A stretch of DNA of 64,000 nucleotides from Eledone cirrhosa (lineage: Eukaryota). The notes beneath the pieces were generated by a model that was not told the DNA's origin, ran no database searches, and saw nothing but the letters and a program-made list of their open reading frames with translations. Within the stretch, counting starts at the first letter, position 1. Each line of letters begins with the position of its first letter. Position numbers and translations under genes: made by a program. The DNA is taken from assembly GCA_964016885.1 (NCBI GenBank), contig OZ024742.1, positions 184,202,001 through 184,266,000 of the forward strand. The letters are read 5' to 3'. This document shows, one piece after another, positions 28,404-41,238 of this stretch.

Positions 28404-28960
28404 AAGCGAGCCGCCGATTATGACGAGAACTTTGTTGTCAGCGGCCCAACTCTTCCAAACATTTCGAACACCACAGGCTGGAAAAATAGTTTGTCAATAA
28501 TTCCCAGTTAAAATGTTATTGCGTTTGGCTACGGAAGCAGTGACCTTCACATATATCACAGCATCCAGGGTATGGGAAGAAGCGAGAGAGTCACTCACTG
28601 TGATGCCCCAGATGAGACGCTTAACTCATACCCAGGGACAAAGGGTAAGATTATCTGGTCACTTGCTATCAACTCTAGATAATTCAATCGACTCCAGAAT
28701 TGAGGGGATAAATTACCCGAGCCAGGGCGCGCTTAATAATCAATTTTAGCTCGGTATGACGAGTGAATCGACCAGCATTCAAGTGGCACGACAAACCATG
28801 AAGAACTGTGGAGTCGAGGGGCCTACCACCGCGACATTTCAGTCCCCTGTAGACATCGTCTCCCACTCTGAGTGCAATGGAGATGTGAAGCTCATCCAGA
28901 CTGAGTAGGCTACAGGCAAGACATCAATTCAGTCAACCGAGAATTTTGCGCTCGCGGAAA
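28404..28960 (-). mobile_element. CRE-clade (restriction-like endonuclease) non-LTR retrotransposon 3' fragment
   Basis: LKCRGGRPLDSTVLHGLSCHLNAGRFTRHTELKLIIKRALARV (Zn knuckle plus RH motif), then RPD..TLCPW..LIWGITV; paralogous to 44410-45060 and 52100-52680. Confidence 0.8.
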
Positions 28961-29816
28961 GGCGACACCTTGAGAAATGATCAGATTTATGCTTTTTTTC
29001 TTTTTCCTTAAAAATCTATTTAGAATTTACAATAATAAATTATTTTACGCAATTTATATTTCTAAAAAAATTATTATCAATATTATTGTCGTTTCGCTAG
29101 TTTATATAGTTTAGGGCTTGTCTGTATAGTTTAGCCACAAACTCACAAGAAAACTTCAATATATGACTGATTTAATGTTTTATTTTTTATATTGAAAAGC
29201 GATATCTATATATAAATGATGTTGTTATTGCTTGCCAGTTGTGTATTGTATATGTTAATTAGCGACTTGAAACATTTATTTGTTTAAACACATGAATTAC
29301 TATTTATAGTAGTGACAATTTTAAACCCCCCCCCCCCTCTCCGGCTCACGGTGACTTTATTTCTGTTCACCTTAAGGATAGTTTCTTTCGTAGTTCAAAA
29401 TCCAGTTTCGATTCTCAAATAGAACTCCTTTGCTTATATCGATAATACTCTTGAGAAACTGCAGGATTTCTTTTTCCCTTGTGAATTTGAAGTCATATGC
29501 TTGGCGAAGAAATCATCCACCTGTTGAAGGACACATCCCATATTATGTAAGATTTACCTCGAGGCCGCGAATATGGCTGAGCGGTTAAGAAGTTTACTTT
29601 GAAATCATGAGGTCCCAGGTTCGATCCCATTGCGTAGCATATTGGACAAGTATCTTTGTCATAGTCATGAGTCATCCTAAACCTTGTGAGTAAAACTATG
29701 TAGACGGAAACTGTGAAAGCATGTCGAATGAATTGTACCAACAATTCAATGGCCCAGTCTTCTCACATATTGTATCGCGTTGATTCATTAGTAAGGCTGT
29801 GTCCAAGTGATCGAAC

Positions 29817-29912
29817 AATTGAATGCTCATCGTCAAAACCGACGGAGGATCCATCGCATAAACTTTATGCGATGATGGATCCTCCGTCGGTTTTGACGAT
29901 GAGCATTCAATT
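29817..29912. repeat. Near-perfect 96-bp palindrome/hairpin built from a SINE 3' end
   Basis: 39-bp arm aattgaatgctcatcgtcaaaaccgacggaggatccatc is exactly complemented at 29874-29912; inner stem gcataaa-c-tttatgc. Confidence 0.95.
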
Positions 29913-30025
29913 ATATTTGAAACATTACAGATTAATTAGTGTTGTAATTTCGGAAGGTGAAGAACAATGTTTTTGGTCAAACAACTGAGTCATTCGTCGT
30001 CGGAACTGATGGAGGTCCAACACAG

Positions 30026-31675
30026 GGCACTACTATGCTATTAGCTGTCAGTTGTGAAAGTAGGCGAAGGTGACGTCATTCAACCTTCTCAATCGTAAAT
30101 ATCGTTTATTTCCGTATTACTACGCATTATTTTAATAAAGCATATCGATGTAAGTGGAGTTACTTAAATGAAAATATAGGTGGCCCTTAAAAGGGCCAAA
30201 TTAGAAAACAAATTTAAGTTAATTAGAAAACAAGTCATGGTTATCAAATAAATTGGATTTAATCATTTATATTTTCATAGTCATGGTTATCAATGTAGAA
30301 AACAAGTCATTTTCACCAACAGTGGAATTACTTCTGACAGCTAATACCATGAACTATATTTTCATAGTCATGGTTATCAATGTAGAAAACAAGTCGTTTT
30401 CACCAACAGTGGAGTTAACTTAAATGAAAATATAGGTGGCCCTTAAAAGGGCCAAATTAAAAAACAAATTTAAGTTAATTAGAAAACAAGTCATGGTTAT
30501 CAAATAAATTGGATTTAATCATTTATATTTTCAGTCATGGTTATCAATGTAGAAAACAAGTCATTTTCACCAACAGTGGAATTACTTCTGACAGTTAATA
30601 CCATGAACTTAAATGAATGTTCACCAACAGTGGAGTTACTTCTGACAGCTAATACCATGAACTATATTTTCATAGCCATGGTTATCAATGTAGAAAACAA
30701 GTCATTTTCACCAACAGTGGAGTTAACTTAAATGAAAATATAGGTGGCCCTTAAAAAGGCCAAATTAGAAAACAAATATATGGTTATCAAATTTTTTTCG
30801 CCAACCCTATACATTTATGAAGAAATGTTTAGAAAACACATTTTTTTCACCAACCTTATTCAAAAGCATGGATACTGTCCACATGGACACAAGAGACAGT
30901 CCCCATGGAGACAATCCCCACCAATCAGCAACAATCAACACCAACACCACGTGTAAATAAATAAACTTTAATCTTCACTTTGTGATAATACACGCATTTG
31001 CAAGTTGAAAAATATGAATTCTACAATACACCCAAGTGTTAATGGAATTAACCATCGCGATCTTTCCATCGCTACCGCTACTACAGCAGATACCATCAAT
31101 TGGTTGGAAAATCATGGACTTCTGAATACACAAAAAGTCTGCCCTTCATGTGGTGAACGCATGTTGGAAGTAGCGAAAAAAAATGGGACTGTCTCCATGG
31201 GGGACTATCTCGTCTCCATGTGGACTGTATCCATGCTTTTGAATAAGGTTGGTGAAAAAAAATTGTTTTCTAAACATTTCTTCATAAATGTATAGGGTTG
31301 GTGAAAAAAATTTGATAACCATATATTTGTTTTCTAATTCGGCCCTTTTAAGGGCCACCTATATTTTCATTTAAGTTAACTCCACTGTTGGTGAAAATGA
31401 CTTGTTTTCTACATTGATAACCATGACTGAAAATATAAATGATTAAATTCAATTTATTTGATAATCATGACTTGTTTTCTAATTAACTTAAATTTGTTTT
31501 CTAATTTGTCTATATTTTCTATATTTTCATTTAAGTAACTCCACTTACATCGATATGCTTTATTAAAATAACGCGTGGTAATACGGAAATAAACGATGTT
31601 TACGATTGAGAAGGTTGACGAATGACGTCACCTTCGCCTACTTTCACTTCTGACAGCTAATAGCATGGTAGTGCC
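30026..31675 (+). mobile_element. Merlin (IS1595/ISXO2-like) foldback element: very long TIRs and a truncated transposase N-terminus
   Basis: Termini GGCACTAC...GTAGTGCC; 9-bp TSD ccaacacag/ctaacacag. The left arm (30026-~30919, with internal duplications) is the inverted copy of the right arm (~31184-31675). The spacer encodes MNST...TINWLENHGLLNTQKVCPSCGERM. Confidence 0.82.
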
Positions 31676-33431
31676 CTAACACAGCGTGATGAGAGAAAAA
31701 AAAAGACTTCTTCTCAGAAGAAACCCGATATCTTCAATGCAATGTTTTTAGTTATGGGCATTTCCTTGTGACCAAAGCCCTTCAATCAATTTCCATTCCA
31801 CACCCAGTCCACCCTGTAAAATAAATGGTCGTGTTGGTGACACGATGAAAACGTACCTAGTCCAACCACTCAGTTAGTCGATTTTTGTGCCACGATAAAA
31901 ACACCCAGTCTATTCTGTAAATATGGTTGACGTTAGGAAGGGCATCCAGTTGTATAAACCAAGCTGTATGAGCAAGACACGGTCTCCTGATCTGACTTGT
32001 CGCACAACGGGACAACTCTTCTAACCCATGCTAGCGTTGAAAATGGAAGTAAACGATGATGATGACGATGGTTCAATCCATTTCATTCTACACATTATAG
32101 AGGGATACTGACAAAATACCTAAATCTAATATAGTAAAAATAAAACAAAATCTATATATATTTATTAAATATCTAACGTTATTAAATGTAATTTACCTGA
32201 TAACCTGATAAAGAATAAACTAAAACTATCTAACATTTACCTTCTGTTATATTTTTTACTGTATTGGATATTTGTTCAGTAGGGGTGGAAATTTCAGTTG
32301 GTATTGTGTATTCTTTTCTTCCGAAATTTTGTCCGGTTGTGTTTTTGTCGTGGATACCATCGAGGCCCTTGGTAAAGGTCAGAAGGGCCCAATTTTTTTC
32401 TTTTTTTTTTTTTCTAAAATTAATTTTCTGGCTTCCTACTCTGCAAGAGGGTCTGATGCCATGCTTTGCAGCAAAGAGTTATGGCCCTTTATGGTCTGAG
32501 TTCAAATCCCGCCGAAGTTAAACTTTGTCTTTCATCCTTACGGAGTCGACAAAATAAAGCACCAGTAATACACTGAGATAATTGCTAGCCTTGTGCCAAA
32601 AGTAGAAATAATTATTTGTTTCGTGGAGATGAACTATACTTTGCTTTATACGGGCGGTACATTAACTGATGTAATCTTTCTGGGGTGTAATTATTGCTAA
32701 TTGTTCGTAATGGCTGTCAGTGGGTCATACAAAGCTTGTAATAGACCAAAACCAGATGTGGAATATAGGCCCCATTTCAAAATGCTCATTAAGCATTATA
32801 GTAATCAGTACTAAATACATGATTTATGTACCGGTCACAGCTGTATACGTATGGATGTAGTGTACGTACGTAATGTATTTACAAATAACAGAACGTGTTA
32901 AAAGTACTAAAACCTGAGAGGAATAGACCTCCTCAAATCCCAAAGCCTATGTCAACTGCCCTTCATCCTATAGTCTGATCTGCTTGTCAGGACACTATTT
33001 CTTCCATTTCTAGGTTAAATATCCCCATCGGTTAAATATCCCCTTAGAATAAGAGAAGCTGCTCAGATCGAAAATAGATGCCGCTTGTTTAGTCATTTTG
33101 ATTGAAAAAAAGAGTAAATAGGGTAACCAGATGGTTACTCTGTGTTTGCAAAAAGTGGATTCCGACCGATTAGTGGGTTGCAAGATAAATAAAACGAAAC
33201 GCGATATTAAGGACAAATTTACAAAAATCAGTAAAAAAAAAAAAATGATCATCTGGCTGTAAACTCAACAAAGAAAAGACTACTCAATAAAAAAAAACTG
33301 GAGTCCGTGAAAAGACTAAAATAAATACACATACAAGATTTCCTGTTTCGTCGCATATACAAGAACAATTTGGTAAAGTCACAATTCGTAAGACAGTCCG
33401 CCCCTGGTTATTACTATATAGTATATATATA

Positions 33432-33540
33432 TCCCGCCGAGGTTAACTTTGCCTTTCATCCTTACGGGGTCGATAAAATAAAGTACCAGTAATGTACTGG
33501 GTATTTGATGGCCTTGTGCCGAAAGTAGAAACAGTTATTA
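33432..33540 (+). mobile_element. 5'-truncated SINE family A copy with long TSD
   Basis: Same core as 28253; flanked by the direct repeat ttattactatatagtatatat. Confidence 0.9.
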
Positions 33541-33713
33541 CTATATAGTATATATTTTATACTTTAAAAACATTTAATATCAATATTTTGGATAATTTAA
33601 TCGTTGAACTTTGCTGTAGCTGTGATGTGAAGTATCGACCATTTGCATTTTTCGTTTAATTAAAAGGTAAATCTTTCTTTATTGTGTGGTTAATAAAGAA
33701 AAACTACTACAAA

Positions 33714-34107
33714 ATAATTGTTTCTACTTTTGGCACAAGGCCAGCAATTACCCAGTGTATTACTGGTACGTTATTTTATCGACCCCATAAGGATGAAAAG
33801 CAAAGTTAACCTCGGCGGGATTTGAACTCAGAATGGCAAGGGCCGTAACTATGCTGGAAAGCATGGCGCCCGACCCTCTACCGATACTGCCAATCCACCG
33901 CCCTTTACTACAAAATAATAACTGTTTCTATTTTAGGCACAAGGCCAGCAATTATCCAGTACATTACTGGTACTTTATTTTATCGACCCCGTAAGGATGA
34001 AAGGCAAAGTTAACCTCGGCAGGATTTGAACTCAGATCATAAAGGGACGTAACTCTATGCTTCAAAGCATGGTGTCCGACTCTCTACCGATACTGCCAAT
34101 CCACCGC
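33714..34107 (-). mobile_element. Two tandem full-length SINE family A copies (33714-33902 and ~33918-34107); further copies at ~13050, 24480, 32440, 50970, 51095, 60877
   Basis: Minus-strand head ggcggtggattggcagtatcgg (A box) ... gagttcaaatcc (B box), conserved core, tail agaaacaattat; direct repeat actacaaaataat flanks the first copy. Confidence 0.92.
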
Positions 34108-34928
34108 AATAATAACGGTTTCTAACAAGTCCTGCAATGTGGGGGAAATCGAGGACTTGACTTCAATTTTTTTTACTACCATAAATAATATAAAGAATTC
34201 TTCTAATGATAATTTCCAAAGTGTAATGACGGAAATAAACATATATGTATATATGCTTTATAGACACGGTGATGTTATTTCGTTACCATATTTCAAATGA
34301 AAGATACTGTCTATGATTTTCAAATCATTTTGAAAATAATCAAGAATTCTGACTGATTGAGTAATATAACTAACTTTCTCATGATCATATAACTAACTTT
34401 CTCATATTTGACCACAACTTAACAAAGATTCTTACATAAAACTATGATGGAAGCTCTATGGTGATATAAAACCAGGTGCTGTTTTGTTTATAGCAAAGGC
34501 CCCGATGAAATTTTGAGACAGAAGCCCCGTGCAGCGTAGTCCGCCCCTAGTAACAGGAATCAAAGAAGTTTAAAAGTTGAATTATGTAATTACAATGTAA
34601 ATGTAGACGTCATGAAGGAAAACGCAAACATACGTTTGGTCATGGTCACTTCTGTTTAGTTGTGATTGTTTATCTCCAGGTCAGTTCTAATTAAGTAGAA
34701 TTATGATTAAAGACGTTCCAATCGTGACCATCGCATTTTTTGTATATCCATGACTAAATTATGCTATGCATCATTCCTTTTAAAAGCAGTAAAGTATGAA
34801 GATTTAACAGCTATTTCAAAGAGATTCAACAACAGTGCATAAGTTTCTCTCGCGCCCTATGTAGTAAAACGCTGGACAATATAGTGATCGAAGATTAAAA
34901 AAAAACTACGTTACAACTAACGGAGATG

Positions 34929-34996
34929 GCAATGAACTCCTTGTAATGGCAAAATGAACTCCTTGTAATGGCAATGAACTCCTTGTAATGGCAAAA
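34929..34996. repeat. Short tandem repeat, 20-22 bp unit gcaa(aa)tgaactccttgtaatg x3
   Basis: Direct reading. Confidence 0.9.
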
Positions 34997-36489
34997 TGGC
35001 TCGTTTCTTGCATAATCAAAAATACTCTGTCTACTACAGTTCGAGGCATACAGACAAAAATCCCCTAAAACAGTAAAAGATAAGAAAAAAGTCTATTTAT
35101 AGTTTTCAATATAAAATGTATATAATTTACCTGATAAACAGTAAAATAAAAGTATATATTCAAATTCTGTATTATTTTTTTCTATGTGGGTTGTTTTTGA
35201 CAAGTAGGGCAGGAATTTTGCCAATAAGGTGAGGATTCTGTCATAAGCACGACCCACTGAGGAACTTTGATTTAACTATCAATAAATTTTGTTTTTCTTA
35301 ATATGTACGAACTCAAAAATTGCTGTTTACTTTTCATCCATGCATTGCTATAACTAAAATAAAGAGTATCATCATCATCGTCGTCGTTGTTTAACGTCTA
35401 TTTTCCACGCTAGCGTAGGTTAGACGAGTTGTCTCGTTTGATGGAAGTCGGGTCAGCTGACCGTGTCTTGCTCATACAGAACTGTTTTGGGCTTGATTTC
35501 TACGGCTGGACTTCTATGTCCGTCCTAAGGCCACCCATATTTACAGTGTGTGCTGGGTGCATTTTGTCGTGGCACCCACACGACCACTTTACAGTGTGGG
35601 CTGGGCTCTTTTTCTGGTGATGCCTACACGATTGTTTTATACACACACACATTAAAAATCGCTCCCAAGAAATCTAATGTGACATTCCTAAATCTCAGTT
35701 ACATGATTGTTGTTTACCACCAGGCTAACATTGATCAAAGATGTTCCAACCATGACCATCCCATCTTGTTTTCAGATAGTGTATCTAGAACTACATAGCA
35801 AAATTTGCTGACCACTTTAAGTTGGCATGTTTTGTGGGAGATGTAGCTGCTATGTATAACAGGTTGAGCAACGATAGAAGTGGCTTATCTAGTCATAATC
35901 CAGATTGGAATCGAGAAGAAATTTCAGTAATCATTTGTATAGCTATAAGCAAACAAACAACTGTATTGAACTACAGAATCGACCTCCATCAATTTTGTTG
36001 ATGAATTATTCTCTTGTCTGATGAACGGAACAGCCTACTCATTAAATTAGCATGTAAGTAGCTGAGCATTCCTAAGACTCTGGGAGATTTCAGCATGACA
36101 CACTGTATGATAAGGCTGGTCCTTTGAATTACTAGTACAGACCTTCTGACTGACTTCCAAACAGTTTCTGTCTACCCAATTTCACTCAGAAGGCATAGGT
36201 CAACCCAAAGCTTTGGTAAATGACACTTGCCCAAGATGCCATGCAGTGGGATCAAACCTGGAACCTAATGATTGCAAAGTGAACTTCTTAACCATTCTGC
36301 GTCTACTACTTCAGCAAAAGAGCTTTGACAAAAGACACTCAAACTGCAATTATACTACATACAGTCAGTGACTCACATAAATATTTGTTGTCCTAAATAT
36401 TGGAAATATGTATTTCATGTTTCCAGATCCAAGATAGTCAGGCTGGAAAGTCAAGCCAATTAAACAAATTAAAAGACAGAGAACAATGG

Positions 36490-36664
36490 GTAAATCCAAA
36501 CCTGTGCAAAACTTTAATAGGCACAAGCCAGATGTGACATGTAAGTCCCCAGAGCTTTTAATAAAACCAGGCCAGATTTGAAATTTTGGTCCCCCAAAGC
36601 TTGTAATAGGCCCAGGCCAGATGTGAAATGTAGATTTCCAAAGCCTATAATAGGTCCAGGCCAC
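36490..36664. repeat. Minisatellite with a unit of about 41 bp (aaagcttgtaataggcccaggccagatgtgaaatgtagg.ccc) that resumes at 39690-39770 after the LINE
   Basis: About four diverged units before and two after the CR1-type LINE. Confidence 0.85.
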
Positions 36665-39600
36665 CAAAGTCTGAGTGCGCTCTACCCACAATAACTGGCA
36701 ATGAAAAACTGCAACAACTCTGGGAAACTAAACCAGAAAACCTGTCATCCACCATCATAAACTGCAAGCAGGGTACAAATTGTTGTCCTTAAATGCTCGC
36801 AGTTTATGCAACAAGATACATCTGTTTAACTCCTACGTCAGAAGCATCAACCCTGACTTCATCACAGTCACGGAAACATGGGCACATTCCTTACTCTGTG
36901 ATGGGGTTTTCAGCATTACTAGGTACAACCTGTTCCGCAAGGGCCGCATTAATCGCCGTGGTGGTGGTGTGATGGTCTACGTTCGTTCAAATTTTTCAGT
37001 AATTCCTTGCGTTGATTTGAACGAATCACAAGAAGTTTTTTTCTGTGACATACGTATGACCATGTCAACACTTCTGCTTGGTGTTGTTTATCGCGCGCCC
37101 CCCCCCCCCCCCCCCCCAAACTACCATCAGGACACACAGCTTTGCAATATCCTCAGAGCTGCTGCCTGGAAAACAGCTACTTATGTGTTTATTGCAGGTG
37201 ACTTCAATCATCCTGAGATCGATTGGGAAACCTTTCGTTGGCCACAAAGTGCAAACGATTTCCTTGAGCTAGTGCTGGACTCAAACTGGTCGCAAGTAGC
37301 CACCTCTCCAACAAGAGGTGACAACACTTTGGACCTGCTCTTCACCACTACTCCTGAAGTGGTTAACAGTTGTACTACTGACGAACCTCTAGGCGACTCT
37401 GATCATGCTATGATCATTGCCAATCTGGCTCTTGCGGGCAGCAACAAAAACCAGAACCATCTCCAATCTGCTTGCTTTGATTGGAAGAAAGCAGATTGGA
37501 ACTTGTACTGCACTGAGCTACAGCGCCCAAACTGCCATGTGTTCTATAACTCTGGAGATGTGAACATTATACTCCAAAGCATCCTGGACTCAATATGGAT
37601 AGCATGTGCAGCATCAGTGCTACGTAAGCAGAAAAAAACCCACTCCAAAAGTGCAATTTGGGAAACTTCGGCGGTCCGACTTGCCAGGAAAGAACGTTGG
37701 AATGCTGAACGGGAATATAAACTGCATAAATCAGATGCCAACAGAAAAAAGCGGAATAAATCTTCCAACCATCTCAAGTAAGTGACAAAAAAGGCAGTGC
37801 TTGAATTTGAACAGTGCATAGCAACCAATCCTGACAGTAAGGTGTTCTGGAAATATGTACATTCAAAGCAAAGACCTCACTCTCCAGTTGGTCCTCTTCG
37901 CAATCCCCACACAAGCCAGATCACTGACGATCCCAAAGAATGTGCAGAACTCATTGCTGAGTGCTACGCAAGCATTTTTACTGTTGAAAACCAGAATGTA
38001 CCATCTCTAACATCAAATTCCATTACAACTATGGAATTTACACCTGCAATGCTGCGACGTCACCTTAAGAATAAGCGCAACTATGCCTCCCCTGGTCTTG
38101 ATGGTGTTACATACCTGCTTCTCAGACGTGGCGGGTACTTCCTTTTGCACCAGCTTTCTTTCTTCTTTCAATACTGTCTCAACAATAGTGCTACTCCGGA
38201 GCAGTGGAAAACTGCCAGTGTCATTCCTCTGTTCAAAAAGGGCGACTGCACATCACCTGTCAACTATCGTCCAGTCAGTCTTACTAGCTGTATTGCCAAA
38301 TTGATGGAATCCTGTGTCAGAGAAAGACTTTGGAACTTCTGGAGCTCTCACTGCCTCATCTGGCCTTCGCAATTTGGATTTATCCCTAACTCCAGCCTCT
38401 GTGATCAGCTTATCGAGTTCCTTGAAGACATTACCCGGATCACTGACAGCGGTTCATGGGTGGATGTTGTTTACCTTAACTTCGCTAAGGCTTTTAATTC
38501 TGTGCCACACAAAAGACTTATGGCGAAACTCTCTGCAATGGGTGTGAAGGATGATCTTTTTAACTGGTTGAAATCCTTCATTCTCAGCCGAAAAGAGGTA
38601 GTCACGTTTCTAGGACAGTATTCTTCACCATATGAGATGTCATCTGGTGTACCACAGGGATCTGTTCTTGGTCCCCTTTTGTTTGTTGCATACATTAATG
38701 ACATAGATACCAACTTAAAGAATGCCACAGTACTGAAATATGCAGATGACATCAAGCTGTACCTTGAAATCAAAAGGACAGATCCTGAAATCTGTAACTC
38801 TTTCCTACAATCAGACCTGGACACAATGCAGCAATGGATCACAGACTGGCAACTGAAGCTGGCTGTGGACAAGTGTACCACCATGCATTTTGGAAGGAAA
38901 AATCCAGCGTCCACATACTCCCCCCACAACACTGATATCAAGAAGTCCTCTTGTGAACGTGACCTGGGCATTACTGTCAGCAGCGATTTGCGTTGGACAA
39001 AGCACATCTCTAAAATTGTCAAGAAGGCCGAGGGTGTCTTGGCATCATCAGCAAGACTTTTGTTAGCCGCTCTCCAGCCATCTATTTAAAGCTGGTTACA
39101 GCTATAGTACGACCACACTTGGAATTCGCATCATCAGTCTGGAACCCCTATCTTGCTCAGAACATTGACCTCCTGGAAACTGTTCAGAGACGTGCAACCA
39201 AGCGCATACCCTCCATCAGACACCTACCATACTCCCTGGGCATGGATTCATTGAAGCTCCAATGGACTTGGTAAACACTCACAAAATTATTAACGATCTC
39301 GCCAACAACAACCCTGAGCACCTTTTTGATCTCCATATGTCTAACACACGTGGACATGCCTACAAAGTCAGAAAACAGCACAGCTCCTATGACTTTCGGA
39401 AACATTTTTTAACGCTCAGAGTTGCTGAAGCATGGAACAAACTACCTGCATCAGTTATTAGCTGTCGAGACACTGCATCCTTTAAAACCCTCATGCTTCC
39501 CGAAATTCACCAAAACTACACCTGATGTCCCCCTTCCATACACATGCACACATGTGTATATCGTGACTCATGCCCTGTTCATTTTCCTGACGTTTGTAGA

Positions 39601-39690
39601 TTACCCTATGTACTATACACTTTTGATGAGTTTAAGTGCACCTGAGCACTGTACACAATATTTTCATTATCATTTCCATTATTATTATTA
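36665..39690 (+). mobile_element. CR1-type LINE ORF2 (APE endonuclease plus RT), near full length but inactivated; (TAT)n 3' tail
   Basis: Endonuclease motifs LNARSL, VTETW, GGGV, GVVYRAP, AGDFN, PTRGDNTLDL, LGDSDH. RT motifs NYRPVSL, QFGF, VVYLNFAKAFNSVPH, GVPQGSVLGPLLF, YADD. C-terminal TRGHAYK and FLTLRVAEAWNKLP. In-frame TAA at 37779-37781; frameshifts after ~39050. Confidence 0.96.
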
Positions 39691-40876
39691 AAGCTTGTAT
39701 TAGGTTCAGGCCAGATGAAAAATGTAGGTCCCCAAAGCTTGTAATAAGCCAAAGCTAGATGTGAAATTGTCTCATTTCAAACTGCTCATATTTTAATCAT
39801 CTGTGCTAAACACATACAATTGTAGTAATATTTTCTAAATGTATACAATTTTAGTCATTTGTGCTAAACACATGATTTATATATATGGGTTACAATAAGT
39901 ACATTACATACACTACATATAGATGTACATACATGTAGCAGAACAGAATAAAAGAACTAGGACTTGAGGAGAGTAAGCTCCTCAAAATCTTCGGCTCATG
40001 CTAACTGGCTTGCCAGCCTTTTGTCCTCTCTATTTTCATCTGGATATAATATATGTATAGCCAGTACTTGAATATAATATATGTATAGCCAGTACTTGAA
40101 GCACATATGGACTAAGTGGGCTGTTGCCTGGAGAGGGTGGTATTCTCTTTTAAACATATTAAAATGTAGTTACGAAACAGGACCTTTTTGTTAAAATTTA
40201 GATTATACTTGTTTTTAAATATATTTCTTTTTCTTTGGGAGTCGGTTCTGTTTTAGAGGTCAGCATGGATCAAAAGTGGAACCTCGCCATTGTTCTATGT
40301 GTAAGCCTACATTCATGTACCTTTAATTTTCATTTAGATTTTTGCAACCAGCTGCAGGTTCTCTAATCCAAGATCCCTAGTTGCTTTAATCCAGCCCTGG
40401 CTCTGAGTCTCTTTAAGTGTATATCACAATAGCTGATCACAAATTAAAATCAACTAGATACTTTTTACATTGACTAACAACAACATCTTCATTCAATTTC
40501 TATTGAGAAGAAATCAGTTTTGAAATTATTTTTCTGCATAAATCTAAAGTGAAGGCATTAACATAAACCTGGCATGGTAGGAAGAAACAAAAGCTAGGCA
40601 TGTTTCAAAAGTTCTTATGTGTGAGGTCATCAAATTTGATAAAGCAGATTATATAATTGAGTTTACAAAATTGTGTATAAACTTTTCACTGTTATGAAAG
40701 ATTCCCAGTCAAGCTTTTTTGTGATGGAAGAATTTAAAACTGTTCTTGCTCCTAACCAATTCCACTTACAACAAAATGAAATCATAATCTAACAGATTTC
40801 AATTGTTTTGAGGTGTATATATATGTATATAAATATATTTATTATACACATGCATATATACATGTCTATATGTGTG

Positions 40877-40964
<88 letters not shown>

Positions 40965-41164
40965 TCTGATGTTGAGCTATAGGTAATGTTGGCACGTAGG
41001 CAATCGGTCTGGCACTGCCTGTTGCTATCTCCACTATCTCCACAGTCAGTAGACATGAAACGTCAGGGTTCTTAAGCGGGCACCAATGGACTGATTTTTT
41101 TTTTTCTAAACTGGAAACTTGAAATGCATGTCTACATAGTATTTTAGAATTTATATATATATAT

Positions 41165-41227
<63 letters not shown>

Positions 41228-41238
41228 CACATATATAT
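40877..41238. repeat. Two (TA)n microsatellites flanking a short unique insert
   Basis: Direct reading. Confidence 0.95.

Noticed and set aside
30537-31358. Mirror-image ORFs MALKKAKLENKY / MALKRAELENKY
   Set aside because: By-products of the Merlin inverted arms, not a gene pair.
36490-36664. Regularly spaced repeats resembling a CRISPR array (also 55890-56460)
   Set aside because: Head-to-tail diverged units with no unique spacers, no cas genes, and a eukaryotic context.
38471-39022. 183-aa minus-strand ORF (also 37544-37828, 48047-48583 and 617-1036)
   Set aside because: Antisense shadows of transposon coding sequence.
41040-41070. catgaaacgtcagg resembling the 3' half of a hammerhead
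   Set aside because: No upstream CTGANGA core or stem II partner found.
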